Below are positions 39,330-49,784 of a DNA stretch of 64,000 nt, piece by piece. Both the position numbers and the translations under genes were made by a program. A model generated the notes under the pieces. The model was given only the letters and a program-made list of their open reading frames with translations. It made no database searches and had not been told where the DNA came from. The stretch lies in the sequence record DRR378314_1406; one strand, 5' to 3'. Position 1 is the first letter of the stretch. The number at the start of each line of letters is the position of its first letter.

Positions 39330-40561
39330 GCGGCAATGCTCCTTGCTGCTGTGGCCGGTGTTTCCGGCCGTGAGAGAATATCCGCCAAATCCCTGAGACT
39401 GTTGAGGTTATGGACGGTTCGGAATATGTCAGTATGAGGCAGGATTGCTTTTATGCCGCGGGCTTTGGGTTCAAACCCGTCATAGCGCAACAACGGGTTC
39501 AGCCAGATCAACTGTCGGCAGGATTTGTGCAGCCGTTCCATTTCAATGCTGAGGGTGTCAGCTTCATCCCGATCGAGCCCATCGGAGATAAACAGAACCA
39601 CAGCCCCTTGTCCCAGCACCCGCCGTGACCAGAATTTGTTAAACTCTGAAATTGTCGTGCCGATCCGAGTGCCGCCGGACCAGTCTTCTACCGACTGGCC
39701 AACTGCGCCCAACGCCTCGTCCACATCCCGATATCGCATGTAGCGGGTGATATTGGTCAGGCGGGTTCCAAAGACGAAGGTATGCACCCGGTCGCGATCA
39801 TTGGTCAGGCTGTGTACAAAATGTAGAAGCATGCGGCTATATTGTGCCATGGAGCCGGAAATATCACAGAGGATAACCAGCGGCGGATGTTTTTGCATCG
39901 GCGCCTTGAAGCGAAGGGGGATGCTGGCCCCGCCGGATCGCTGGCTGGCGCGCAAGGTGCGGCGCATATCAATGCGGCCGGGACGATTGCTGGCGCGGGT
40001 TCGGCGAATTGGCATTTTTCGGATGGGCAGAGAAAGTGTTTTGATAATTTTTTTGGCGTCTTCAACCTCTTCAACGCTCATATCTTCGAAATCCTGGGTT
40101 TGAAGCAACTCGTTGGCTGAGGTGGTCAGTTCCGCATTGATTTCGATCTCCTCCTGTCCGTTATTTTCCGGATCATTGGGAGATTGGCTAGGCGCAAGGG
40201 CCTGGGACAATCGTTTGGAAATATGGTTGTCTTCTTCGCTGACCTGATCCAGAAAGGTTGTGGGCAGCATCATATCCATCATCTTTTTCAGAATATCCGG
40301 ATTTTTCCAGAAGATATGGAAGCTTTGATCAAACAACGGCCATTGATCATGGCGGTTGACAAAAACGCTATGCAGCGTCCAGTAAAAATCATCGCGGCGA
40401 TAGAGCCCGACACATTCGACCGCGCGGATGGCCTGCAGCACCTTGCCCGGACCAATGGGCAGACCGGCATGCCGAAGGGTGCGACCGAAATGGACGATAT
40501 TTTCGGCAAAAGTTCCGGCATGGCTTTTCGCCAATCTGTCCAGATCCTGATCGTCAGCCAC
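39326..40561 (-). CDS. coxE: CoxE-like vWA domain protein
   Basis: DISGSM (MIDAS), WSGGTRIG, SDGLD and WLNPL; GTG start overlaps the end of coxD. Confidence 0.88.
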   Translation of the reverse strand: MADDQDLDRLAKSHAGTFAENIVHFGRTLRHAGLPIGPGKVLQAIRAVECVGLYRRDDFYWTLHSVFVNRHDQWPLFDQSFHIFWKNPDILKKMMDMMLPTTFLDQVSEEDNHISKRLSQALAPSQSPNDPENNGQEEIEINAELTTSANELLQTQDFEDMSVEEVEDAKKIIKTLSLPIRKMPIRRTRASNRPGRIDMRRTLRASQRSGGASIPLRFKAPMQKHPPLVILCDISGSMAQYSRMLLHFVHSLTNDRDRVHTFVFGTRLTNITRYMRYRDVDEALGAVGQSVEDWSGGTRIGTTISEFNKFWSRRVLGQGAVVLFISDGLDRDEADTLSIEMERLHKSCRQLIWLNPLLRYDGFEPKARGIKAILPHTDIFRTVHNLNSLRDLADILSRPETPATAARSIAA

Positions 40562-41477
40562 GCCCTGGTTCCATTTCCTGATTGATCTGCTCAATAAGAG
40601 TAGCAGCTTCGCTGCCCTGTATCTTTTGAATGTCATCCTGATATTTCAGGAGTACACCCAAAGTGTCGTTGATCACTTCAGGATCCAAAGACACCACATT
40701 CAGTTCGGTCAGAGCATTGGTCCAGTCCAGGCTTTCGGCGATCCCGGGTAATTTAAACAGGGCCGGGTCGGCTCGTAACTTTTGGACAAAGGCGACGATC
40801 TGGTCAGAGAGCCGCTCATCGGCGCCCGGCAGTTTGCGGGCAATAATTTCTTTTTCCCGCGCTGCATCGGGATAATCCACCCAGTGATAAAGGCAGCGGC
40901 GTTTCAATGCGTCATGAATTTCCCGTGTCCGGTTAGAGGTGATGATGACGATCGGTGGCTCTTGTGCCTTGATCGTGCCCAGTTCGGGGATTGTCACCTG
41001 AAAATCAGAGAGCACTTCCAGAAGATAGGCTTCAAAAGGTTCATCCGTGCGATCCAGTTCATCAATCAATAGAACGGGTGCGCCTTGACCGGAATTTTCA
41101 AGGGCCTGCAGCAATGGCCGTTTGATCAAGAATTCTTCGGAGAAGATATTGGCGCCGAGCTGCTGCCGGTCCGTGTCATGGGCGGCTTCGGCCAGCCGGA
41201 TTTCGATCATCTGGCGGGCATAGTTCCATTCATAAACGGCCGAGGCCACATCCAGCCCCTCATAACATTGCAGGCGGATAAGCGGCCGGTTCAACTGATC
41301 GGCGAGAACCTTGGCAATCTCGGTTTTGCCAACACCGGCTTCGCCTTCCAGAAAGAGGGGGCGGCCCATTTTTAAAGAGAGGTAAAGGACAGTTGCCAGA
41401 CTGCGATCCGCGACATAATCAGCCGCTTTCAACAGGTCGTGGATTTCATCGATGGAGCCGGGAAGGGAGGCAGTCAT
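40554..41477 (-). CDS. coxD: CoxD-like MoxR AAA+ ATPase
   Basis: GEAGVGKT, LQCYEGLD, LLIDELD and ALKRRC motifs. Confidence 0.9.
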   Translation of the reverse strand: MTASLPGSIDEIHDLLKAADYVADRSLATVLYLSLKMGRPLFLEGEAGVGKTEIAKVLADQLNRPLIRLQCYEGLDVASAVYEWNYARQMIEIRLAEAAHDTDRQQLGANIFSEEFLIKRPLLQALENSGQGAPVLLIDELDRTDEPFEAYLLEVLSDFQVTIPELGTIKAQEPPIVIITSNRTREIHDALKRRCLYHWVDYPDAAREKEIIARKLPGADERLSDQIVAFVQKLRADPALFKLPGIAESLDWTNALTELNVVSLDPEVINDTLGVLLKYQDDIQKIQGSEAATLIEQINQEMEPGRG

Positions 41478-41567
41478 TTTCTCTCACTCTCAACAGGTCT
41501 GAAGATGAGCATACAAGATCCGCAATTTCACGACAATATGAGCGGCGGTTTCTTGTAACGGGGGTCA

Positions 41568-41600
41568 TAAAAAAGGAAGGGGAAGAAAACTCCCCCTTCC
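41568..41600 (-). terminator. Probable terminator after coxM
   Basis: GGAAGGGG...CCCCTTCC hairpin next to an A run (T run on the minus strand). Confidence 0.6.
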
Positions 41601-41616
41601 AAGCCAGGGTGTGGCC

Positions 41617-42405
41617 TTAAGAGGCAGCCGCTACAGCCCGTGCCGCCATAACAGAGATCAAATGAGCCCGATACTCAGCCGAGGCATGAATATCAAAATT
41701 CAGACCGTCTGCATCGGATTTTATGCCTTTGACCGCATCAGCAGAGAAATTACCAGCCAGTGCCGCTTCCATATCCCCCTGACGGAAGACACAAGGGCCG
41801 GCGCCGGTAACCGCTACGCGAACACCGTCAGAGGTTTTGGCAACGAATACGCCAACCAGTGCAAAGCGCGATGCCGGATTGGGAAATTTAGAATATCCCG
41901 CTTTTTCCGGCACTGGAAAAGTGACCTTGGTGATCAGTTCCCCATCGTCGAGCGCAGTTTCAAACAAATCGACAAAGAAATCATCTGCAGTGATGCTTCT
42001 TTTATTTGTATGCACTGTAGCCCCCAGCGCAACCAGCGCGGCGGGATAATCAGCTGCCGGATCGTTATTGGCGATAGAGCCGCCAATTGTGCCGCGATTG
42101 CGAACCTGTGCATCCCCGATATGGGCCGCGAGGTTCGCCAAAGCGGGGATGGCAGATTTGACGTCACCAGAGGCGGCAACTGCGGCATGGGATGTCATGG
42201 CGCCGATGCTGACCTCATTGCCACTAACGGAAATGCCTTTCAAATCCGCGATCCCGGAAAGATCAACCAGCTTGTCCACCTGGGCAAGACGGAGTTTCAG
42301 GGTTGGCAGGAAGGACTGACCACCGGCGAGGAATTTGTCATCCTCACCCACCGCAGTGGCGGCATCATTAACGCCGGAGGGGCGTTCATACTCAAAGTTA
42401 TACAT
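41617..42405 (-). CDS. coxM: Molybdenum hydroxylase FAD subunit (CoxM-like)
   Basis: LAGGQS and VRNRGTIGGS motifs. Confidence 0.9.
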   Translation of the reverse strand: MYNFEYERPSGVNDAATAVGEDDKFLAGGQSFLPTLKLRLAQVDKLVDLSGIADLKGISVSGNEVSIGAMTSHAAVAASGDVKSAIPALANLAAHIGDAQVRNRGTIGGSIANNDPAADYPAALVALGATVHTNKRSITADDFFVDLFETALDDGELITKVTFPVPEKAGYSKFPNPASRFALVGVFVAKTSDGVRVAVTGAGPCVFRQGDMEAALAGNFSADAVKGIKSDADGLNFDIHASAEYRAHLISVMAARAVAAAS

Positions 42406-42419
42406 TTTTTATCTCCCTA

Positions 42420-44771
42420 TCAGGCGCTTTGCGCCGCCTGCCACACTTTTTCAGGTGTTGCCGGCATATCGATTTCTTTTCCAAGCGCGTTGGTGATGGC
42501 ATTCATCAAGGCGGCAGGCGCGGCAATTGCACCGGCTTCCCCGCACCCTTTGACGCCCAGCGGATTGCTCGGGCAAGGGGTGTTGGTGGCTTCCACCTTG
42601 AAATTGGGCAAATCATCCGCCCGGGGCATGCAGTAATCCATGTAGGAGCCGGTCAGAAGCTGACCGCTATCTTCATCATAAACCACACCTTCCAAGAGCG
42701 CCTGACCAATGCCTTGGGCGACTCCGCCATGAACCTGACCTTCAACAATCATCGGGTTGATCACATTGCCAAAATCATCGGCCGCAGCCCAATCAACAAT
42801 GTCAACAATGCCCGTATCAGGATCGATTTCCACCTCGGCAATATGAGTTCCTGCCGGGAAGGTGAAATTCAGCGGATCATAAAACGCATTTTCCGCAAGA
42901 CCCGGTTCCAGATCTTCTGGATAGTTGTGCGGGACATAAGCCGCAAAGGCAAGTTCACCAATGGTCATCTGCTTGTCGGTTCCGGCGATGGAGTAGACCC
43001 CTTGGGAATGCTCAATATCATCAACGGAGGCTTCCATCAGGTGGGCCGCAATCTTCTTGGCCTTATCGACAATCTTGTCGGCAGCTTTAACAATTGCGGA
43101 GCCGCCAACGGCGAGCGAGCGGGACCCGTAGGTTCCCATGCCAAATGGCACCTTGGCTGTATCTCCGTGAACAACTTCGACCTGATCATAAGGAACACCC
43201 AGCTTATCAGCGACCAATTGCGAAAATGTGGTTTCATGCCCCTGGCCATGGCTGTGACTGCCGGTGAAGACCGTGACCGAACCCGTTGGATTAAAACGCA
43301 ATTCCGCGCTTTCCCAAAGGCCGACACCCGCACCCAAAGAGCCAACGGCAGCAGAAGGCGCAATCCCGCAGGCTTCGATATAAGCGGCGGAGCCAATACC
43401 CCGAAGTTTGCCGTTCGCCTCTGACTGCGCTTTACGAGCGGCGAAACCGTCATAGTCAATCATCGATTTGGCGGTGCTCATGGTCAGCGGATAATCCCCG
43501 GAATCATAGGTCATGATGACCGGCGTCTCGTAGGGATAGGAATCCGGTGAGATGAAGTTCTTTAACCGCAGTTCCGTTGGATCCATATTCAGATCCCGCG
43601 CCGCCCGTTCCATCATCCGTTCGACCACATAGGTGGCTTCAGGACGACCGGCACCGCGATAGGCATCAACCGGTGTGGTATTGGTAAAGCCGGCCATGAC
43701 TTCTGCATAAATACAGGGGATCTTATACTGCCCACTGAGAAGGGTTGCATACAGATATGTTGGAACCGCAGAGGCAAAGGTGGAGAGATAAGCCCCCATA
43801 TTCGCCTTGGTTGAAACCCGGAACCCCAGAATTTGCCCCTGATCATCAAAGGCCAGTTCTGCATGGGTTGCATGATCGCGACCATGCGCATCGGTCAGGA
43901 AGGCTTCGGAGCGATCAGATGTCCATTTAATTGGGCGTCCTATCTTTTTTGAAGCCCATATGGTGGTGGTTTCTTCTGCATAGACAAAGATCTTACTGCC
44001 AAAGCCACCGCCCACATCCGGTGCAACGACCCGTAGTTTATGTTCCGGTGCGATGGCAACGAAGGCTGACAGGATCAGCCGCGCCACATGGGGGTTTTGA
44101 CTGGTGGTGTAAAGGGTATATTCCCCGGTGCCCGGATCAAACTCCCCAAGTGCAGCCCGGGGCTCCATCGGGTTGGGGGCCAGCCGGTTATTGATCAGAT
44201 CCATCTTGGTGACATGACTGGCTTTGGCAAAGGCTTCATCAACCGCAGCTTTGTCGCCCAGTTCCCAGTCATAACAGAGATTTCCTTCGGCCTCCGGATG
44301 GATTTGCGGGGCACCGCCAGTCAAGGCTTTGCGGATATCCGTGACCGGGGTCAGTTCTTCATAATCCACGTCGATCAGTTCGGCGGCATCTTTGGCCTGC
44401 TGCAGGCTGTCTGCGACCACGAAAGCCACCTGATCGCCGACATGTTTGACCGTATCAACCGCCAAACAAGGGTGTGGCGGGGCGGCATGCGGGGAGCCGT
44501 CTTTGCTGGTAATTCCCCACCCACAAATAAGGCCGCCAACGCCGTCGGCAGCCATGTCCTGTCCTGTAAAAATATTGATCACACCTGGGGCTGCTTTGGC
44601 ATCATCCAGGTTAATACCGTTAATTTTGGCAAACGCGTGCGGTGAGCGAAGGAAATATCCATACGCCTGACCCGCCTTGTTCATATCATCCAGGTACTTA
44701 CCATTCCCTGTAATAAACCGTTGATCTTCTCTACGCTTTACCGATACTCCAATTCCATTTTCGACTGACAT
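42420..44771 (-). CDS. coxL: Molybdenum hydroxylase large subunit, form II CoxL-like
   Basis: GGGFGSK, AYRGAGR (form II signature), HGQGHET and KGCGE motifs. Confidence 0.9.
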   Translation of the reverse strand: MSVENGIGVSVKRREDQRFITGNGKYLDDMNKAGQAYGYFLRSPHAFAKINGINLDDAKAAPGVINIFTGQDMAADGVGGLICGWGITSKDGSPHAAPPHPCLAVDTVKHVGDQVAFVVADSLQQAKDAAELIDVDYEELTPVTDIRKALTGGAPQIHPEAEGNLCYDWELGDKAAVDEAFAKASHVTKMDLINNRLAPNPMEPRAALGEFDPGTGEYTLYTTSQNPHVARLILSAFVAIAPEHKLRVVAPDVGGGFGSKIFVYAEETTTIWASKKIGRPIKWTSDRSEAFLTDAHGRDHATHAELAFDDQGQILGFRVSTKANMGAYLSTFASAVPTYLYATLLSGQYKIPCIYAEVMAGFTNTTPVDAYRGAGRPEATYVVERMMERAARDLNMDPTELRLKNFISPDSYPYETPVIMTYDSGDYPLTMSTAKSMIDYDGFAARKAQSEANGKLRGIGSAAYIEACGIAPSAAVGSLGAGVGLWESAELRFNPTGSVTVFTGSHSHGQGHETTFSQLVADKLGVPYDQVEVVHGDTAKVPFGMGTYGSRSLAVGGSAIVKAADKIVDKAKKIAAHLMEASVDDIEHSQGVYSIAGTDKQMTIGELAFAAYVPHNYPEDLEPGLAENAFYDPLNFTFPAGTHIAEVEIDPDTGIVDIVDWAAADDFGNVINPMIVEGQVHGGVAQGIGQALLEGVVYDEDSGQLLTGSYMDYCMPRADDLPNFKVEATNTPCPSNPLGVKGCGEAGAIAAPAALMNAITNALGKEIDMPATPEKVWQAAQSA

Positions 44772-44774
44772 AAC

Positions 44775-45242
44775 TCACCCTTCCATAGTCTCCGCGGCTT
44801 GTTTGACTGATTTGACAATGTTGTGATAGCCGGTGCAGCGACAGATGTTGCCTTCCAGTTCTTTACGGATTGTCTCTTCGGTGGGATTTGGATTGCGTTT
44901 GACCAGGTCAACAGCGCTCATGATCATGCCTGGTGTGCAAAAGCCGCACTGCAGACCATGATTTTCCTTGAAGGCTGATTGCATGGGGTGCAAATCGTCT
45001 CCGCTTGCCAGACCTTCAATCGTTGTTATGTCAGCTCCATCGGCCTGAACGGCCAGCATGGTGCAGGATTTAACGCTATCGCCATTCACATGGATGGTGC
45101 AGGCCCCACACTGGCTGGTATCACAGCCCACATGAGTGCCCGTCAGTCGTAGATTTTCACGGATAAACTGAACAAGCAGCGTGTTGGGTTCAACATCTGC
45201 TGTCACCTTATTCCCGTTGACCGTCATTGAAACGGATGTCAT
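44775..45242 (-). CDS. coxS: 2x[2Fe-2S] subunit (CoxS-like)
   Basis: [18 protein letters not shown] and NICRCTGY motifs. Confidence 0.92.
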   Translation of the reverse strand: MTSVSMTVNGNKVTADVEPNTLLVQFIRENLRLTGTHVGCDTSQCGACTIHVNGDSVKSCTMLAVQADGADITTIEGLASGDDLHPMQSAFKENHGLQCGFCTPGMIMSAVDLVKRNPNPTEETIRKELEGNICRCTGYHNIVKSVKQAAETMEG

Positions 45243-45350
45243 TGATCTTCCTCCCTAGTCAGACATACCAGCCTTGGTTGACTGGACATGGTACGCATAC
45301 TCTTAACGATATCTAAGATGCGATTTTCGTTAAGTATAGTTTTGACCTGT

Positions 45351-45366
45351 TTGACCAATCGGTCAA
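45351..45366. promoter_or_regulatory. RutR-type (TetR family) operator upstream of coxS
   Basis: TTGACCAATCGGTCAA, one mismatch to the E. coli RutR box TTGACCAnnTGGTCAA. Confidence 0.6.
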
Positions 45367-45392
45367 GTCAAAGAAATATGAAATTTTACCCT

Positions 45393-46088
45393 CTATGCAC
45401 CTGTCTGTGTCAGGACATACAGAATTATCAGGGCAACCGCCCCAATCAGCACCCAATTCACCGGTTTCTGAAAGAAAGAATTTTTCTGAATAGCATCTTC
45501 CGTCATTTCAGTGTTGGGTACTGCGGTTTGCGCATCCGGGTTTTCAATGACTTCGGCGGCCTGAATGATTTCTTCTTCTTCGGCAGGGCCATCTGGTGCG
45601 GAAGCCGCGTCAGCTGTGGGGGCTGAGGTCCCGTTTCCGGCCGCTTCTGCGGTGCTGACCAACTCGTTAAATTTGGCGAAAAATTCACCGGCCAGTTTTT
45701 TGGCGGTGCTGTCGATCAGACGAGAGCCAATCTGCGCCATTTTGCCGCCAACCGACGCTTTAACGTCATAGGATAGAAGGGTTCCATCGGGTGCATCGGT
45801 AAGGGTGATATCCGCGCCGCCCTTTCCAAATCCAGCCGCGCCGCCTTTACCTTCGCCGGTGATGGTATAGCCATTGGGGGCATCAATATTGCTGAGGGTA
45901 ACCTGACCTTTGAAGGTGGCTTTTACCGGTCCAACCTTGACTTTGACCCTGGCGGAGAAGGAGGTATCGCTGTCTTTTTCCACTTCTTCGCATCCGGGGA
46001 TGGCCTGGCGCAGGATTTCTGTATCATTCAGCGCCTGCCAGACGACCTCTCTTGGCGCATTAATCAGCTCTTCACCGCTCATTTCCAT
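45393..46088 (-). CDS. coxG: CoxG-like SRPBCC protein with C-terminal membrane anchor
   Basis: VWQALND...IPGC, KVGPV, GGKMAQIGSRLI and a C-terminal TM. Confidence 0.9.
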   Translation of the reverse strand: MEMSGEELINAPREVVWQALNDTEILRQAIPGCEEVEKDSDTSFSARVKVKVGPVKATFKGQVTLSNIDAPNGYTITGEGKGGAAGFGKGGADITLTDAPDGTLLSYDVKASVGGKMAQIGSRLIDSTAKKLAGEFFAKFNELVSTAEAAGNGTSAPTADAASAPDGPAEEEEIIQAAEVIENPDAQTAVPNTEMTEDAIQKNSFFQKPVNWVLIGAVALIILYVLTQTGA

Positions 46089-46258
46089 GGGGAGACCTCT
46101 ATCCTTTATGTTATTTGTGACGTAAATCTACCGGAAGAGAGGCCCCGGCTGCAAGTGTTATGGATATCCAATTGTGAGGAGTTGATATTCAGAAACGGAA
46201 TTTCGGCTTATAAAGATTACAATTTTTTCAATATCAAAGAATCGCCGCCAATTGGGTT

Positions 46259-46277
46259 GGTTAAGAGGTGATTAACC
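46259..46277. promoter_or_regulatory. CtrA box (perfect on both strands)
   Basis: GGTTAA-GAGGTGA-TTAACC = TTAA-N7-TTAAC in both orientations, ~45 bp before the ORF at 46323. Confidence 0.75.
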
Positions 46278-46322
46278 ATTACTCTTTATTTTGAGCGGTG
46301 GATTTTTGATTAGGGGGACTGA

Positions 46323-46931
46323 ATGCGTCCGGCAATTCGATCAACATTTGATGTCGTCGCCTGGCTTCAGGGGCAGGCAGAACAAGCAGAAACGGAACTC
46401 GCACCTTCCGTCCTGATGAAACTTCTGTACCTGTCGCAAGCGGTTTACGCGGCTGAAAACCAGAAGGGCAAACTGATGCCAGCGACGTTTCTGGCAACAG
46501 AAGTCGGACCGATCGAGCCTGATCTTTTCATTGCTCTGGAGCAGGGTATCGCTGTTGACGGTGCGGTTGATCCATCCCCAACGGTCGAAGAAGTGTTGAG
46601 CGGTATCTGGGAAAGTTATTCGGATATGAGCGATGAGATGCTGACCGAGATCCTGGAAAATGATGTGGCAATCCGCAATGCCCGCCGGAAAGGCCGGAAT
46701 TCTGAAATCCTGATCGAAGATATGGTCTCTGCTTATCCCGGCGGATTGAAAGCCTTGCTTGGCATGACCCAGGTCAGCACATTTCCCGATGGTTCGCCTT
46801 ATAATGTGGATCATTCCAATCTGGAAGCCGCGCCGCCATCTTCTCAAGAAGTGCGCTTTACTGCAGATGGGCGTTCGGTCACCCGTTGGATGCCGAAAAA
46901 GCGAATGCGGTCCAAAGATCTCAAAAAATAG
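46323..46931 (+). CDS. Panacea (DUF4065/SocA/GepA-like) domain protein with no adjacent toxin
   Basis: FDVVAW...LMKLLYLSQA...KLMPATFLATEVGPIEP resembles the Panacea KLLY...F.A...GPV pattern. Confidence 0.7.
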   Translation: MRPAIRSTFDVVAWLQGQAEQAETELAPSVLMKLLYLSQAVYAAENQKGKLMPATFLATEVGPIEPDLFIALEQGIAVDGAVDPSPTVEEVLSGIWESYSDMSDEMLTEILENDVAIRNARRKGRNSEILIEDMVSAYPGGLKALLGMTQVSTFPDGSPYNVDHSNLEAAPPSSQEVRFTADGRSVTRWMPKKRMRSKDLKK

Positions 46932-46945
46932 GCGCTGGCGCCAAC

Positions 46946-47827
46946 TCAGCTTTTCTTATGAGATGAAAACCGAGCTTTCAGCCCTTCGCAATATTCCGCG
47001 TGGGTTTTGCCAACGCTTGTCGTCACCCAGATGGCATCATAGGTGGTAAAGAGTTCCCATTCCGCCGGTTCCGCTTCCTCTTCAATAAGCCCGAGAACAT
47101 AAAGATTATCGGCACCCGTTTGCAGTAGATGCTGGGGAACCCCCCGGTCTTTGCGCGTGTGGCCATTGCCGGCAATCAAAAATGCCTGAGCGCCTTCCTG
47201 TTTTTGCAGAAGCTGACGGCTCATCAGGTCATCTTTCAAGACTTGCAACTCGCTCATGGGTCGGACCATTTCCTCGGGCAGTAGATTGCAATGGGAATAG
47301 CGGATTTCAGCGTCCAGGTCGGTCATCAACTGATCAGATAAAACTTGCGGGCGGGCAATTTTCAGCATGGCCTGCTTCATCAGTTTTTCGCGCGGGTAAC
47401 TGCCATAAAGAATCCGGGCACCTGCCTGTTTGGCGGCTTTCAACAGCGGCGCATAATAGGACCAGGACGGCCAACCGCTGGACTTCCAGTCAAGGGCCTG
47501 GGCCAGGTCCTCAAAGGCGATATCACCGGCAAGATACTGATCGATAACAGGTTGCTGCTGATCGGTGATCATTTCAAACACCACCAGATCGCCCGGTTTG
47601 ACAAAATTTTCCAGCAATTGCGCCTGAATTCGGTGGTGCGCCGGATTGTCATGCTTTTCACCGATCATGACAAAATCTGCAGTTGTAATGTTATCGGCAA
47701 GATGGGTGCTGTTCACCGTGTCATAAACACTGGCACTGGGATAAGGATCGGGTGCGGTGCAGGCAGCAAGCGCCAAAGCGAGAAGGCTGATAGCAACGAT
47801 TGCAGGATTTTTCATGTGATCAGCCAT
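46946..47827 (-). CDS. ChaN-family lipoprotein
   Basis: Lipobox LAAC; GEKHDNPAHH, FEM, W..SGWP.W..Y.P and AGNGH.RKD.GVP motifs. Confidence 0.85.
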   Translation of the reverse strand: MADHMKNPAIVAISLLALALAACTAPDPYPSASVYDTVNSTHLADNITTADFVMIGEKHDNPAHHRIQAQLLENFVKPGDLVVFEMITDQQQPVIDQYLAGDIAFEDLAQALDWKSSGWPSWSYYAPLLKAAKQAGARILYGSYPREKLMKQAMLKIARPQVLSDQLMTDLDAEIRYSHCNLLPEEMVRPMSELQVLKDDLMSRQLLQKQEGAQAFLIAGNGHTRKDRGVPQHLLQTGADNLYVLGLIEEEAEPAEWELFTTYDAIWVTTSVGKTHAEYCEGLKARFSSHKKS

Positions 47828-49511
47828 AAAAGATAATGACGAAAATACTTAACGTCAGCAGGATAAGAAAGACAGCCGTGCCAGATGCCATTGTCCGCGA
47901 CATGACCCCGCCAAGGCCGTGGGTTTGCCGGGCTTTGTCGATAATCTGGCGAATGAGATGTTGGAGCCAGTCCAGCAGGATCCCCCAGAACTGGTCAATC
48001 CAGCCGCCAATTTTCAGGCAAAGTTGCTTCAGTGGCCGTCGATAGATCCAGTCGAAATCCAGAATACGGCCATCGGTAATCACCGGATAAACGCCGAAGC
48101 GTAATGCCGCGGCAAAGCCAAGGGCAGTGAAAGCAATCAATTGCAATTGGGTGACTACATGGCTGGCTGTATAGACATGGTAATCCATTTCATAGGGCAA
48201 CAATGCAAAGAAGCTGGACGGGGAAATCCCAATGGCAAGCGCGCCACCTGCGAGAATTGCCATGGCAAACAACATATGTTTGGGCGCTTCCTGCAGGGAG
48301 GTGCCGTTGTCTTTGCCAAAAAAGCCAAGGGCCGGGATTTTAAGCCCCACATTGTCAATAACGGCCACGGCGCCAAACAGCATGGCTAGCCAGAGGATCA
48401 CCAGTTTTTCATCAAGCGCCGCAGACAGGATCAGGCTTTTGGTGGCAAATGCACCGGTGAGCGGAAAGGCAATGATGGTCAAAGAACCAATAATGACAAA
48501 AACCGTGGTCAAGGGCATGGATTTGTAAACGGCGCCCAGTTCGGTGATTTTGGCAGTTCCAGCCCGGTACAGAACGGCCCCGGTTGCCATGAAAATCAGG
48601 CAGGTATAGAGGATACTGATCACCGCATGGGCCGCGACACCGTTGAGCGCCAGTTCGCTGCCAATACCGATCGCAACGACCATGAAACCCTGCTGACTGT
48701 TCAGCGAATAAGCCATGGTCCGCCGCAGATCATTTTCCAGAGTTGCATGAATGACCGGGAAGATCACCATGATCGCCCCGATCCAGAGCAACAAGTCTTC
48801 TCCTGCAAAAGCACGGGCGAGCGCATATATGGCCAATTTGGTGGTGAAGGCGGACAGAATAACCGTCCCGCTGATGGTGGCTTGGGGGTAGGCATCCTGA
48901 ACCCAGTTATGCAGGAGCGGGAAGGCGGCTTTTATGCCAAAGGCGATGAGGAACAGCCAACCAGCCAGGTTATCCAGCTGCATAGCCGTAAAGGTAATGG
49001 AGCCGGACTGGCTCACATATAGGATAATACCACCCAACAGGATGACGCCACTGGTCACCTGAATGATCAGATAGCGGATCCCCGCGCGATAGGATCGTTC
49101 CGTGCGGCTGGCAAAAACAAGGAAAACCGAAGAGACAGCCGTCAATTCCCAATAGGAAAACAGACTGATCAGGTCGCCGGAGAATACGGCAGCGATGGAG
49201 GCGCCAGCATAAATCAGGGTGGCAACCTGCTGCACAGTATCGCGCACATGCAGGGCATATAGAAGCCCGGCAAACGCCGCTAGCAGAAAGATCAGACCGA
49301 AGACCCGGGAAAACGCGTCGATTTTGGTCAGGATCAGGGTCATTCCCATCAGGTCGATTTCGCCCCAGCTTCCAAGGCCAAGGGACATCAACTGGGCAAA
49401 AGCAAGGATCGGCAAACCCAGCAGCAGACCGCTTCGGATGAAGCTGCTGGTAAAGGGCACCAAAAGCGCGCCGAGGATCAGGATCAGGCCGGGGTTCAAG
49501 CCATCAATCAT
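47820..49511 (-). CDS. Mrp antiporter MrpD-like subunit (third copy)
   Basis: Proton_antipo_M features: WELTAVSS, FGIKAAFP.LH.W..DAYP and FTTK. Confidence 0.85.
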   Translation of the reverse strand: MIDGLNPGLILILGALLVPFTSSFIRSGLLLGLPILAFAQLMSLGLGSWGEIDLMGMTLILTKIDAFSRVFGLIFLLAAFAGLLYALHVRDTVQQVATLIYAGASIAAVFSGDLISLFSYWELTAVSSVFLVFASRTERSYRAGIRYLIIQVTSGVILLGGIILYVSQSGSITFTAMQLDNLAGWLFLIAFGIKAAFPLLHNWVQDAYPQATISGTVILSAFTTKLAIYALARAFAGEDLLLWIGAIMVIFPVIHATLENDLRRTMAYSLNSQQGFMVVAIGIGSELALNGVAAHAVISILYTCLIFMATGAVLYRAGTAKITELGAVYKSMPLTTVFVIIGSLTIIAFPLTGAFATKSLILSAALDEKLVILWLAMLFGAVAVIDNVGLKIPALGFFGKDNGTSLQEAPKHMLFAMAILAGGALAIGISPSSFFALLPYEMDYHVYTASHVVTQLQLIAFTALGFAAALRFGVYPVITDGRILDFDWIYRRPLKQLCLKIGGWIDQFWGILLDWLQHLIRQIIDKARQTHGLGGVMSRTMASGTAVFLILLTLSIFVIIFYG

Positions 49512-49773
49512 AGTAATCCTCCCGCACAGAAAGCCAGCTTTGAACAGCTTTTGCACAGACAATCAGCGTGAGAAACCCGATCATGCCATAAAGCCCGTAA
49601 AAGACGGGGATTTTTTCAATTTCCGTGTAGGGATGCATTTCATAAACGATATGAAACAGGGATAGCAGATCCGGGATTGAGACCAGAATGGCAAAGATAA
49701 CCAGACCCCAATAAAGGCGGGTCTTCATTTCGGGTTTTTCGAGCCAGCTTTGGTTTGAATTTTCTGATGACAT
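49504..49773 (-). CDS. Small two-TM membrane protein in the mrp operon
   Basis: IPVFYGLYG...REDYYD; overlaps the next gene. Confidence 0.75.
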   Translation of the reverse strand: MSSENSNQSWLEKPEMKTRLYWGLVIFAILVSIPDLLSLFHIVYEMHPYTEIEKIPVFYGLYGMIGFLTLIVCAKAVQSWLSVREDYYD

Positions 49774-49784
49774 GATGATATCCC

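Noticed and set aside
42420-44771. Call as a bona fide (form I) aerobic CO dehydrogenase
   Set aside because: The active-site loop is AYRGAGR rather than AYxCSFR, and the gene order is SLM rather than MSL.
30668-44771. Long antisense ORFs (e.g. 32939-33997, 33874-34881, 41611-42636, 42429-43424)
   Set aside because: They are shadow frames opposite well-supported genes and carry no motifs.
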